Positions 31,138 to 42,656 of a DNA stretch of 64,000 nucleotides are shown here, in pieces. This DNA is from Naegleria gruberi. Lineage: Eukaryota. The position numbers were made by a program, and so were the translations under genes. The stretch is from NCBI GenBank assembly GCA_000004985.1, contig GG738887.1, one strand, 5' to 3'. The notes beneath the pieces were generated by a model. The model saw only the letters and a list, made by a program, of their open reading frames with translations. It was not told the DNA's origin and ran no database searches. Each line of letters starts with the position of its first letter. Position 1 is the first letter of the stretch.

Positions 31138-31150
31138 TTTGGCGGGAAAA
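31138..31150. promoter_or_regulatory. E2F-type site TTTGGCGGGAAAA in the divergent RPA1 / LRR-DUSP intergenic region
   Basis: This is the canonical E2F consensus, about 550 nt upstream of the RPA1 ATG. Confidence 0.4.
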
Positions 31151-31695
31151 CGGAAGAAAAATTAGATGAGGGTGATGGTAATACTCGGGCAGTTCTTCTT
31201 CTCATTCAAAGTGATAATAATAATCGGATTTTGAGTTGAGTTTGGATCGGTTGTATGTGGAAATTAATTTGAGGGTGTTGATATCGATAATTGGTTTGGT
31301 GACGAAATTTTTAAATTAGGTGGAATTAAGGATTGAAGCAGTGTTCGATTATTGTTAGACATTGATTAGTTGGAACTGAGGAGAAAGAACTCAAAGAGAA
31401 TCGCTGTTTGATATCATTCGTACTAATCTTTTCAGAATTCTGATGGAAAATTCATTATTCGAAACAAGTAAGCTCCCCATATTGGAGTATATTTCAAAAG
31501 TTGAAATATTTGAAGCCAAATTCTAGAATGAAAATGAATCTAAGGCACTTTCAATGTTAAAACTTCAGATTCTGTATCAATTGACTTCCATTTTTTAAAA
31601 GAAAATATCATTCCATTATTTGATGGAAATTTTCTTGTTTTCGAAAACAAAAAAACTTCACCAAAACAAACCGCTAAAAATATTAATCAAAAAAA

Positions 31696-33771
31696 ATGCC
31701 AGAAAATCTCGTAGAAATCATCAACAATGCAAATGACGCTTCCCAAGTTCGTATGCCTGTTTTGATGGCCACTCTCAAAAGCCCACAATTAATCAGTAAA
31801 CAGCCCTCTGCAAAAACTCCAGGTCAAGTTTTATATAAAGTAAACTTGTATGATACATCTTTACCAACACCATCATCACAAAATACTCTCACCGCAGTAA
31901 TTCCAAAAGATAGATTTCCTTCTGATGTTAGTGATCCTGAAACAATAGCACCAGGAACAATATTTAATATTTCAAAATTTACTTTTAAAGCTCAGCCTGG
32001 AAAAGCTAAAGTTGTTATTTTACATACTTTTACACTTGAAAGTAATAACAATCATCATCATCAACAATCTACCACTTCAACAACACATGTAAATGAACAA
32101 AAACCTGTTACAAATGTACAACCACAAAGATCAAATCCGACAAGCAATCCTACTCCAAGTAGTAATGTTAAACCTCCATCATTCTCTGTAAATAATAGTC
32201 ATTCTAATAATACTGTCAATAATCAACCACAACAAGTAAATAGAAATAATCAACCACAACCAAATACTTTCAACAGGCCACAACCACAACAAACAGCAAC
32301 TAATAGTAATCCTGTACAACAAAGAAATCAACAACAAACATTTAATAGACCAAGCAATCCAACTAATAATGCACCTAGACAATCAGTAGGAAATGTAGGA
32401 CCTCTTAAAACTAAACAAATATTACCATTAGTAGGTATTACTCCTTGGGTCAGTGATTGGGTAATTAAAGTTAGAGTTACCAAGAAAGGAGAACTTAAAA
32501 AATGGTCTAATCCAACAAAAGAAGGTCATTTATTTTCACTTGAACTAATTGATGAAGATGGAGTTGAAATTAGAGCTACATTTTTTACTAACAAATTTTA
32601 TGATCATATTAAGGAATCTAAAGTTTACTTTATGAAAGGTGGTAAAGCTAAATCAGCTGATAAAAAGTATTCAAGATTACCACATAGTTATGAACTTACA
32701 TTCTATGATAATTCAGTAATTGAAGAAGCTGAAGATGATCAAGCAAAGAATATTCCTCAAGGTCATTTTGAATTCATACCTTTCGAACAATTGAAAACTA
32801 TTGAAAAGAAGAATGGTGTTGATATTGTTGGTGTTGTTAAATCAATTGGTAATTCAGAACAAATGACAATTAAATCAAAACAAGATCCAAATGCTATTGA
32901 AAAACAAACAACAAAGAGAGAATTAATATTAATTAACAAAGATAATGATGGTAATATTTATGAAGCTGCAATTACATTATGGGGAGAGGATAATATTTCT
33001 TTTAATATTGGTGATACTGTTATATTTACTGCACTCACAATCAAAGAATTCAAAGGTGGAGTTAAATTGAGTACATCAAAATCAACAAAAATTTTAACTA
33101 ATTTTGATTTACCTGAAAGTAGAAGAGTTATGGAACAATTTGCAAATTTAGAAACTCCAATTGAAGAAATTAAGGGTGTTTTATTAAGTGCTATTGAATC
33201 AAGTGGATCATTTAAGAAATATTCTCTTGAAGATTTAGATACTGTCAGAGTACAAGATTTAGAACAAGAGAAGTTTAAATCAAAAACATTTTTCATCAGA
33301 TCACATTTCTCTTTATTTAAAGATGGAAATTTAACCTATTGTGCTTGTGTAAATGAAGAATGCAAATCAAAGAAACTGAAGAGAGATGAAATGGATAACT
33401 CATATACCTGTCCTCTTTGTAATACTAAATATGACGAAACAACAGCAGCTCACAAGTATATGACTTCTGTTGTGTTAGGAGATCATACTTGTACAAAGAC
33501 TTTAACTGCTTTTGACAAAGGTATGACATTACTTTTAGGTGTGCCTGCAGGTGATTTTTATGCACTAGATGATCGTACTAAGGATGAATATAAGTCCATT
33601 GCTCAATCTAAAATTGCCACTTATATGGTAAGAGCAGGTGTTCAAAATAATAATGAACAAGGACCTCAAGTTAGATTTTCCTTTGTTGGACTTAAGGAAC
33701 CTGAATGGGCTAAAGAAGCAAAAGGATGTCTTGGTACAATCAATGCTTACTGCAGAACTTTTGGAATCTAA
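31696..33771 (+). CDS. RPA1: Replication protein A 70 kDa DNA-binding subunit (RPA1)
   Basis: An N-terminal OB fold is followed by an N/Q/P-rich insert, tandem OB folds (DBD-A and DBD-B) and DBD-C with a zinc ribbon (CACVNEECKSKK..YTCPLCN). The gene is a single exon and the ATG follows A8. Confidence 0.85.
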   Translation: MPENLVEIINNANDASQVRMPVLMATLKSPQLISKQPSAKTPGQVLYKVNLYDTSLPTPSSQNTLTAVIPKDRFPSDVSDPETIAPGTIFNISKFTFKAQPGKAKVVILHTFTLESNNNHHHQQSTTSTTHVNEQKPVTNVQPQRSNPTSNPTPSSNVKPPSFSVNNSHSNNTVNNQPQQVNRNNQPQPNTFNRPQPQQTATNSNPVQQRNQQQTFNRPSNPTNNAPRQSVGNVGPLKTKQILPLVGITPWVSDWVIKVRVTKKGELKKWSNPTKEGHLFSLELIDEDGVEIRATFFTNKFYDHIKESKVYFMKGGKAKSADKKYSRLPHSYELTFYDNSVIEEAEDDQAKNIPQGHFEFIPFEQLKTIEKKNGVDIVGVVKSIGNSEQMTIKSKQDPNAIEKQTTKRELILINKDNDGNIYEAAITLWGEDNISFNIGDTVIFTALTIKEFKGGVKLSTSKSTKILTNFDLPESRRVMEQFANLETPIEEIKGVLLSAIESSGSFKKYSLEDLDTVRVQDLEQEKFKSKTFFIRSHFSLFKDGNLTYCACVNEECKSKKLKRDEMDNSYTCPLCNTKYDETTAAHKYMTSVVLGDHTCTKTLTAFDKGMTLLLGVPAGDFYALDDRTKDEYKSIAQSKIATYMVRAGVQNNNEQGPQVRFSFVGLKEPEWAKEAKGCLGTINAYCRTFGI

Positions 33772-33798
33772 GTAAATTAAATACAAATATATTTCTAT

Positions 33799-34572
33799 TT
33801 AAATTTTCCATGCTTTGTGATAGTTTGGTAAAATACTTCTTAGTGTGAGTAATTGTTGTTGAATTTGATGTTCATGTAAAGATCTAATCTTCTCTTTTTG
33901 TTTTAACATTGATTTTCTAGCTCCATTCAAACCAAGAATGATTGTGTAGGAGGGTAACTGACACATAGCTCCATTATCTCCACCCAATTCACACAAAGCA
34001 TTAATGATACAATATTCCTCAATTTTCACATTATTATCAATTTTGCACTTGCATTCCAGTACGTTATAGTCACCAATTTTTACATTTCCACTAATATACA
34101 CTCCAGCTTTGATATGATTGTTATTTCCAATGGTGAGTGTATCTGTTCCTTGATTGATTATTACAACTCCTTCCTCAATAATATTATTCTTTCCAATTTT
34201 AATTCCTTTTGAATTATTTCCACATTCCAAAACACATCTTGGATGTATAATTGTTCCTTCATCAATATAAATCATATGTTGTGATAGAAGAATATTTTCT
34301 TGAACCTTGTTATTAATCAGAAAGGAAGATGCTGTTGTTACTAAGGCAGAAAGAGGAGGTTTTACCATTGCACTACTAATAGCATCACGTTTGTTTAAAT
34401 TAACCAAAGATATGGCACTCATCTTGTTCGGAACTGATAAACCTTGTTGTATTGGAGTTGAAGAGTTGCTGTTGTTACTGTTGGTTGTATTATTGTTTGA
34501 AGTAGTTTTTGATATTCCCTCTCGAATAGTTACATCATGACATACAAAACACGAGTCGTGAATAAAAACCAT
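33799..34572 (-). CDS. Hexapeptide-repeat (left-handed beta-helix) protein, dynactin p25/p27-like
   Basis: There are repeated [LIV]G-x4 hexapeptides (IKIGKNNIIEEGVVIINQGTDTLTIGNNNHIKAGVYISGNVKIGDYNVLE). The ATG lies only about 31 nt downstream of the stop of the upstream gene. Confidence 0.5.
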   Translation of the reverse strand: MVFIHDSCFVCHDVTIREGISKTTSNNNTTNSNNSNSSTPIQQGLSVPNKMSAISLVNLNKRDAISSAMVKPPLSALVTTASSFLINNKVQENILLSQHMIYIDEGTIIHPRCVLECGNNSKGIKIGKNNIIEEGVVIINQGTDTLTIGNNNHIKAGVYISGNVKIGDYNVLECKCKIDNNVKIEEYCIINALCELGGDNGAMCQLPSYTIILGLNGARKSMLKQKEKIRSLHEHQIQQQLLTLRSILPNYHKAWKI

Positions 34573-34602
34573 CCTCTAAAGGTTGTTGTGTATTTTTCTT
34601 TT

Positions 34603-34928
34603 TTATTGAATTCCAGCATGACCGAATGATTCTCTAATTATTGTTGTAATGTTGGAGAGGCATCTTTGAATCGATTCAGAAACCTTGTTGGATTGTTCAT
34701 TATTGTTTGTTTCTTCCAATTGTAAATCTCCAGATATAAAGTTACGAACTATTAGTCCTTCATGAGAGTGTTTTTCTGAGAATTTTTGCATATACTTGAC
34801 AACATGATGAGTGTTGATAAGGGCATGTCTTATTTGTGATGAGGAACCAACCATTACATCTTGATCATTGATACATCTCTGAATTAAAAGTAGTTCACTA
34901 CTCAGTTGGATGGGTTCATAAGGATAAA
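34603..34928 (-). CDS. Protein prenyltransferase alpha subunit-like, exon 3
   Basis: An acceptor ttacag is used. The exon joins in frame to exon 2 across a 52-nt GTAAGT intron. Confidence 0.5.
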
Positions 34929-34980
34929 CTGTAATTAAATTGTTAATGGTGATAATTTTCAATGGAGATGGACTACTTAC

Positions 34981-35499
34981 TGTCTATTGAGGAATGTTTG
35001 AATTGATCCATAGCAATTTCAATTAATTGATCCATTATTTCACCAAGTGTTTCATCAGTAAAATATTTTTCAAATAAATCAGAGTTGTCAATAAGGTAAA
35101 TCCACAGATATCTTCTCAATACCCAAAGTGATTCGTGACCAGGGAAGAAAATAATTAAATACTGGCTATAATAGAATAATTTCAAGGAATATATTAAAAA
35201 GTATGGTATCTCCTTTTCATTTCCTAAATCCAATAGAGCTCTTTTGTAAGATTTCATTAAAATAATAATGTGGTTGACACATGAATGATCACTCACATTT
35301 CTCTTCAACCAATTAAATAAATCTTCCAATTTGGATTTGAGAAGATTCACTCGAATACTATTAACCTCTTCCTTTGAAGGTAAAAAATCACAGCTCATTA
35401 ACATATTTACAAGTTGTTGTCTATAAGACCAAGAATAATAGTTTCTTGGGTAGATTGTTACAGTCTTTTCACAATTTGAAATTTCATTATTAAAAAATT
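34981..35499 (-). CDS. Protein prenyltransferase alpha subunit-like, exon 2 (PPTA repeats)
   Basis: PPTA repeat signatures are present (TVTIYPRNYYSWSYRQQLVNML, HESLWVLRRYLWIYL). The exon is bounded by an acceptor aatgtag and a GTAAGT donor. Confidence 0.55.
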
Positions 35500-35545
35500 C
35501 TACATTAATTGTGTCAGTCAGAAGCTAAACAGGAATGAAACCAAC

Positions 35546-35897
35546 CTAAAAATTCGTCCCTATCGGAAAAGAACTTTCCGTTATTAAATATCAAATTTCT
35601 AATGATCCAACTTCTATGCTCCCATGAATCACAACTCTTTGGATGCTTTGTTGCTACTAAATTCAAAAATTTTAATTCCTTCAAAACAATATCACGATTG
35701 TCCTTGTTGTTCGTCAGGTATTCCTTTCTCCTACTCCATGCTGTAAAGCAATCGGCATTAATTAATAATATTGCTCTGGTAATTTTCAACATTTCCTCTT
35801 GAGTGTGATTGTCATGGTCAATTAATTTAGAATATGCATATCTGTACAACAATGGTAAACACCAAAATGATAATCCAATCCTATGATCCTTATACAA
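35546..35897 (-). CDS. Protein prenyltransferase alpha subunit-like, exon 1
   Basis: PPTA repeats are present (ILLINADCFTAWSRRKEYL, KHPKSCDSWEHRSWIIRNL). The true ATG and any additional 5' exon are unresolved. The caller began the ORF at a TTG. Confidence 0.45.
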
Positions 35898-36272
35898 GAA
35901 GGGTATATTAGTTTCAACATGTCTTTAAAAAGTGGAGAAATAAGCTATGCAAAATATTGAGGTGAGGTAAGTTAGTTACTCGAGCAAAGAGAGGGCACCT
36001 CAGCACCTTCCATTTAGCAACGCGTAGCGAAATGAAATAGTTGTGATCGAAATTGGGTTTGGCAGAGCGGCAACTATATCGAGCTGCTTAAATGTTATTC
36101 CATTGAGAGAGGTAAGGATGATGATCATGATCAGTGAGCCTCCTTGACGATTAGCATCTACCTTTATTTTTAAGATCATATCCCCTAATACTACAGTAAT
36201 CATCTGTAAAAAAAGTCGTTAAGCAATTGTTCTTTCTCTTTTAATATATACATTATTTAATAGTGATGAAAG

Positions 36273-38243
36273 ATGAGTTCAATGCAGCCGAATGATGATA
36301 AAACACCACCAAATCAGCAAACACCGACTACTTCTACAAATCCTTTCGGTGCTGTTTTAAATAAGGCTGGTATACTCAGGAGGAGGATGTCAAGTCCTCA
36401 TGGTGATAATATTAACAAAGCAGAGGCACTGGTTACTAAGCAATTATCAAACTTGGAGAACTCTATCAAGGATACAGTGAAAAAAACTGTGGTAAAATTT
36501 GGTAATGAAGTTGATGATTTGATCGATAATTTAAATAAGATTGAGGATACATCAGCATTATTGAAGGAACAGATAGAAAAAGAGGCGGATCTTAAAAGGA
36601 AGCTTACGGAAGTAGAAAAGGAAAATGAGGATTTGAAGAAACAAGTAGAAAAGTTAAGCAAAGATTATAAATCAAAATGTGATGATGTTGAATCAAAGGA
36701 TTCTGCCATTGAAAAACTACTCAAGAGAGCCGCAGAAAGAGAAAAGGAGCTTAATGATACTAAGGATTTGCTAAGACAAAAAAATCAGAAAATTTCCTTT
36801 CTAGAAAATATCCACTCTGAAATTTTGAAAAATGCTACAAAAGAGGAGAAATTTAAATTGAGCTATATAGATTCAGAAACAAAGAGGATGGTGTTGGAAA
36901 ATGAAGTCAGCGATATGAAGAGAAGTCTGGAAAGTATGCAAGCTGAACAAGGTATCAAATCTTCTTCCAAGAGATTCCAAAATCAGTTGGAAGCGCAAGC
37001 TCTTGAAAAGGAGAAGGATAATCTTGAGAAACAAGTACAATCTCTTTTAAAACAATGTAAAGATACTGAGAGACAACGAGATGCTTGTAAAAAGATTGCC
37101 GCAGAAGCTAATGATAAAGTTACTAGAATGGAAGCAACATTAAAGGAATGTGAAGATAAGCGAGTGAAGGCAGTTGAAGAAACCATGAAGAGAAGTACGG
37201 AACTTAAGAATTCAGCACAAAAGATCAAGGAGTTGGAAACCAAATTGGCTCTAAGTGAACAAAAGATTCAAGATATCGAAGATCTTACATTGTTATCCAA
37301 GCTCCATGAGGAAGAAATGAAGGGAACCGGATCTGTAGAACAGTTGAGAAGACTGCACACCTACAGGCAAAATAAGCTGGATAAGGCCAATTCAAGTTCT
37401 TCTGTACAACTTCGTATCCTTGAGAAGGAACATAATGCTTTACGAATGAATTATGATCTTACCATGATGGAAGTTAGTAACTTATTTGATCTTAACCAAT
37501 CCTTAACTTCACAATTGAAGGAGCTTAAAGAAGGAGCAACACCTACAAATTCCGAAGAATGGAAGATTTTAAAGCAAGAAGAAAAATCAGAGTTGGAAAA
37601 TTTACAAACAATTCAAAAGTTAAAGGAAGAAATTGATAGATTGAGGGAAGAAAATGACAAATCGAAGAATGCCATTGAAATTAAATGTATGGAAATCTCA
37701 AGCTTTAAGGATCAAATTGATGAAATGAAATCAAGATTTCAAAATTTGTCAACCGAAGCTAAAAGTGATTATGAGACTTATGCCGAGAGGGAAACCAATT
37801 TATTGCGAAGTATGGATGCCTGTGAGCAAGTTATTGAAGAAAAGAAGAAGGAAATTGTTGAACTCGTGTCTACTAATAACACATTGAAGCAACAAATAGA
37901 AGAAGTGAGCACAACAATGAATGCAAAGATTGAAGAAATCCAGGAACAAAGTAAAAAGGAAATTGAAGAAATCACAGAAAAAAGCAACAAGAAGATTGAA
38001 GAAATTACAGAGAAAACCTCTAAACAAATTGAGGAAATTACGGAACAAACTTCAAAACAAATTGAGGAGGTAAAATCACAATATCAAAAGGAGCTTTGTG
38101 AAGCATCAGTTATCACTGATCCAAATGATCAATCTGAAAATGCATCCCAAACAGAACAAATTTCTGGAGATCTTAACTCTAAATCAGATATTGAATCAGA
38201 ATTGGATACTCTCAATCAACAACTTGAATTGGTCACTTCTCAA
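36273..38243 (+). CDS. Long coiled-coil protein, exon 1
   Basis: Heptad-rich sequence runs over about 650 codons. A donor GTGAAA lies near 38244. Confidence 0.5.
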
Positions 38244-38295
38244 GTGAAAGAAATAACTGCATTGAAACAAGCAGAAAAGGAGAATTTTGATATAG

Positions 38296-39369
38296 ATGAT
38301 AACAGCCAAGAAACAGGAAATGAAGGTTTTGCTTGATGAGAAAAAGAGAAACCTAGAAGAAATCATGTCCCTTAATAATCAAAGAACCAAACTTGAGGAC
38401 ATTGTAAAACAAGAAACAGAAAAGTTGGAACGTATTGTAAAACAGAAGAATCTTGTAATTTTAAGCCAAAATGATGTAAACTACGAAACACAACCAAGCA
38501 ACATTGAAATCATTGAAACTATTGAAACAAATAATGAAACCTTTTCCGTACAGGGAAGCAAAGAGGAGGAAGAGGACGTTGATGAGTTTGACATTGTTTA
38601 TTCTAATGAAATTCAAACTCCTAATCATTTAGAATCTGAAGAGCAAGCCAATACTGATGACGATATTTGTAATGTAGATTTACCACAGGATGGAACTAGT
38701 ATTTCTCAAAACTATGAACCTACTCCTGATTATTCATTACGGGAAGACCTCGAGCATGAAGACGAAATTATGAAGAGAGTCAAAGAACTGCAATCTTGTT
38801 TAAGTCCAGATTACGCTCTTACATCATATGAAGATGTGGAGCAACACCTTGGACATGAAGCCCAAACGAACACTACACCAATGTCTCTTGATCATTCTGT
38901 TGAGGGTACTCCCCTTACTCCTCTTAGTTTGTTATCTCCACAAACTGATGAACAGAGCTTGTCTGAGAAAAAGGATGTCTGTGTTGAAACAGATGTATTC
39001 TATGAGATTGAGCCAACAACCAAAGTCACCAAGTTTGAAAAGCTGTTTACCCAAAAGTGGAATGATTTTGAAGAAGATGAAAGTGATTATTTCCTCAACA
39101 TTCCTTCACCAAAAACTGCTAAAAAACAAGTCTACTATTATGAAAAGAAATATTTACATCTCAAGATGAAATATAGACAGATGGTTGAAGAACTTGTCCG
39201 ATTTGAACTTGGATCAAGACAATACAAACAAAGAACTCGTAAATATAGGGAAGATCTGGAAACCTCTAAGAAGAAACTTGTTTCGCTTAATAAGGAAAAG
39301 AAAGAGTTGGAACGTGATCTTAAAGCCAGAATTTTAGGTCTCGAAAAGAAGCTCAAGAGGAATCAATAA
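38296..39369 (+). CDS. Long coiled-coil protein, exon 2
   Basis: A roughly 52-nt intron with acceptor gatatag joins the frames as ..LELVTSQ|MITAKKQEMKVLLDE. This explains the 41-nt overlap between the two ORFs in different frames. Confidence 0.5.
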   Translation: MITAKKQEMKVLLDEKKRNLEEIMSLNNQRTKLEDIVKQETEKLERIVKQKNLVILSQNDVNYETQPSNIEIIETIETNNETFSVQGSKEEEEDVDEFDIVYSNEIQTPNHLESEEQANTDDDICNVDLPQDGTSISQNYEPTPDYSLREDLEHEDEIMKRVKELQSCLSPDYALTSYEDVEQHLGHEAQTNTTPMSLDHSVEGTPLTPLSLLSPQTDEQSLSEKKDVCVETDVFYEIEPTTKVTKFEKLFTQKWNDFEEDESDYFLNIPSPKTAKKQVYYYEKKYLHLKMKYRQMVEELVRFELGSRQYKQRTRKYREDLETSKKKLVSLNKEKKELERDLKARILGLEKKLKRNQ

Positions 39370-39396
39370 ATTGTAAAGACATTATATAACAAATGT

Positions 39397-40216
39397 TTAA
39401 CTGGTATAAATTTTTACAATACTGTCAGCACCACCCGAAGCCAGTAAATCTTGTGAATGATGATAGGAAACACAATTAATAGATTCATCAAACTTCTTTC
39501 TATGACCAGGAAGTTCTTGAACACAAGACTTGGAACCAATATCCCAAACTCTTAGAGAGGAGTCATGACCAACAGTTGCAAAGTATAATCCACTACGATC
39601 AAAGGCCACTGAAGTAACTGCCTCCTTGTGACCAACCATTTGACTAAGTACCTTACCACTTGATGAATCATAGAATCTGATCTTCTTATCTTCATTAGCA
39701 GTTACTATGATTGGGAGTTTATCGTGACATGCGAATTGATAGACTAATGCGTCTGTCTTACCATCATCAATATTCTCTGAAATCCATATTGATTTTCCTG
39801 TTTCCACATCAAAAGCAGCAATTTTAGAATTAGTGAAAGAGGCAATAAACTTGGAAGTATCACTTGGCAAGAAAGAAACGCAAGTAGGTGTTCCAATCTT
39901 TGAAAGCATGAAAGTTTTCTTAATTTCTCCTCTTTCATAATCCCAAAGAATAACTGAATCGTCAGAACTTGCTGATAACAGTGATTGATTACTTTCATTT
40001 AAGGAAAGAGACCAAACAACATCTGTATGTCCTTTGAGTGTAGTCTTTAAGAATGGAGTAGCAAAACCATAATTTGTGTATGGATTATGATCCAATTGAG
40101 GAATATCCCATACAATAATTGTTTCATCAAAACCTGCACTAAAACAATGTGATGAACCACATTTAACAGTACAAACTCCTCCTGTGTGACCTCTCAATGT
40201 TTGAATTGGAGTATCA
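39397..40216 (-). CDS. Striatin homolog, exon 3 (WD40 repeats)
   Basis: WD40 repeats are present (TLRGHTGGVCTV.., LKGHTDVVWSLS, MVGHKEAVTSVAF, LPGHRKKFDESINCVSYH). The exon joins at an acceptor aaacag. Confidence 0.8.
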
Positions 40217-40258
40217 CTGTTTCTTGTTAATATTATTCAAATTAAAAATGAAACTTAC

Positions 40259-41011
40259 TTAGTACCAGTGAGTCCAGAAACATTCCAAACCTTTAATGTA
40301 CAATCCTCGGAACCGCTAATCATGCAATTCAAAGTTGGGTGGAATGCAACAGATCTTATAGAATCCAAATGATGTCTAAGAGTATATTTAGGTTTCCAAG
40401 AAATTGGTTGATGGTGGATAATTTGTGGTTGTTGGACTGGCATTGGTGGTAATTGTGTAGGTAGTTGTTGAGTTTCTTCAGTATTCCATGATAATGTCTT
40501 CCTTCCGAAAAATGTTCCTTCCTCTTTGCTATTTGAATTATCTTCATCCTTCCAAGGTTTAACTTCCTCTAACATGTCATCAGGAATTTTAGCTCCAATC
40601 TTTTTCTCAATTAATTTATCAGAATATCCTCTTTGTCTTAATTGTGTAATGAATTTTCTCATATCCTCATCCTCAGGAATCTCATTAGAAGAACTGTTTT
40701 TATGCTTGTTCTTCTTTTTATGCTCTTTTGTTGGTGTTGTAGGCAACTCTGCAACTGGTTCTTGTTTTGGTTTTGTTTCTTGTATTGATGACTCATTTTC
40801 TGTTGTTATTACTGTAGGTGAATTAAAGACTGGTGATTGAATATCAGATTTTGGTGTTGATGGTGTTGTTTCTGTTGTTGCTAAACCAGCATCTTTACTT
40901 GGTTCAGAACTTGGTAATACCAAATTAGAATTCATAGCAGTCGATGGAATATTGTCGGGTATGTCCACAAGGAGGGACATTAAATCTGATGAATCAATTT
41001 CTTTCAAATAG
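40259..41011 (-). CDS. Striatin homolog, exon 2 (linker and first WD40 repeat)
   Basis: The exon has an acceptor ctgtag at its 5' end and a GTAAGT donor at its 3' end. Introns are 51 and 42 nt. Confidence 0.75.
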
Positions 41012-41062
41012 CTACAGAAAATAAGAAAATCTTAATTTACACCGATCATTAACAAAACTTAC

Positions 41063-41607
41063 CCTCTTAAAAGTTCTAAACTCTTTGGTTTTGCTCCGGA
41101 TGTAGTTATACTAGTTGTAGAAGCAGGTTTACTTGGAGGAACATCATTCACTGGTTTTGCTGTTGTTACAAGTGATTCACAAAATGAAATCAAGTTCTTC
41201 TTGTAATCACCATCATTAGTTTCTGTGTTTTTAATATAATCTACAAGTGTTGAATATTTTGATCTTTCCGTTCGAAGAGCAAATTCTAACATTTTGATTC
41301 TACGCAATAAATCATATTGTATCTTTTCTTGACTTTTACGAAAAGCTTCAAGATGCGAAATAGTTGTCGATAACTCTCCTCTCTCTAATTCCCATAACTC
41401 CTTTTCATTCTCGTATTTACGAAATTCTCGTTGTAGAAAATTTATAGTTGTTGGGAAATTTAATTTTTGTAGTAGCTGATTATTTACAGAATTATTCATA
41501 CTATAAAATCCACTACCATTATTTGTTGGAGTATTTGTATTATTAATTGATGAAGAAGAGGTGGGTGATGATACACCATTATTATTGGGTGTGGCAAAAC
41601 CACTCAT
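41063..41607 (-). CDS. Striatin homolog, exon 1 (N-terminal striatin coiled-coil and caveolin-binding region)
   Basis: The motif FLQREFRKYENEKELWELERGELSTTISHLEAFRKSQEKIQYDLLRRIKMLEFALRTERSKY matches the striatin family N-terminal domain. Confidence 0.8.
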
Positions 41608-42003
41608 TTTTTAATCTTTTGATTTTTCATCATCTATCACTTATTCTTAGTGGCAAAGGAAAAATTCAAGAAAAACAAGGCTTGATATCATTATCATTAT
41701 ATAGATTATCTCGATGATACCAGGAACGAATGGCTTTAAAGTGTTAAGGTTGAAGAATTTGATTTTTTAATACATTCTCTCATACAATGATGAGCGCACA
41801 ATTTATTATTATTATTAATATTTTCAAAATTAAATCATAATGATGACGACAATTACATTAAGAGACACTTTTTTTGTTTCTTAGCAGCATAGGTTTCCAT
41901 TTGTTCCAAATCCGAATCATCAAGTCCCTTAATAAATTTAAATAAATATTAAATATTTTAAATATTTTAAATATTTTTTACAATAATATTAATAAATATA
42001 TAA

Positions 42004-42387
42004 TTATTTAAAAAAACAAACCTTCTTTCTGAATTGTCCATTTGCTTGGTAAAGACATCTTAATAAAATATTCATTACATAATCAACACAATCCACTGAA
42101 ACTTGAGGTAACTCAATGAAGGCAGTCATATCTCCTACCTTCTTTGCAAAATTGATAATATCATCATGTGGTATTCTATCTTCGATATTTCTTTTCACTG
42201 GACCTTTTGGATTCCAATCAAATGAAAATAAGACAAATGGCATTTCCTTTTTTGCTTTCTTTTTGACACTTAATATTTCAGGAAGGTATTTTTTTTCTAA
42301 TAATTTCAGATGCTCCTTCTCGTATGGATTGAAACAGAGAACAAATCCTGTTGAGTAATAGTAGGCATCTTTTCTAATTCCAATAGT
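42004..42387 (-). CDS. Conserved hypothetical protein, exon 3
   Basis: A three-exon model splices in frame through GTATGT donors and acceptors aag and ag, with introns of 66 and 58 nt. I recognise no domain. Confidence 0.5.
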   Translation of the reverse strand, partial: TIGIRKDAYYYSTGFVLCFNPYEKEHLKLLEKKYLPEILSVKKKAKKEMPFVLFSFDWNPKGPVKRNIEDRIPHDDIINFAKKVGDMTAFIELPQVSVDCVDYVMNILLRCLYQANGQFRKKVCFFK

Positions 42388-42445
42388 CTTTAATTTTCCA
42401 TATTTGGAATATTTAAATATTATTCAAAATATTTAAAAGACATAC

Positions 42446-42590
42446 TTCTGCATCATCGTCATCTCTCAAATCACGAGGATCGAATGTAACTCTATGATCT
42501 GCACTCAAATTAATTACGTAATTAGAGTGTGCAAAATAAATTGGTAATTCCATTTCTTTTGGAACTTTCTTCTTTCCGTGAGTGTACAGA
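42446..42590 (-). CDS. Conserved hypothetical protein, exon 2
   Basis: See exon 3. Confidence 0.5.
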
Positions 42591-42656
42591 ACCTTTCGAA
42601 AAACAATTTGAATTATCCAAAACATGTAAATTCCATTAAAATCCCAATAAACATAC

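Noticed and set aside
33799-34962. Treating 33799..34572 and 34603..34962 as exons of one gene
   Set aside because: The upstream frame ends at an in-frame TAA (..ESFGHAGIQ*). The downstream ORF has its own ATG in an A/T context. The domains are unrelated (PPTA repeats against hexapeptide repeats).
36140-36160. GATTAGCAT, reminiscent of the U6 snRNA core
   Set aside because: Flanking sequence lacks the ACAGAGA box and the rest of the U6 consensus on either strand.
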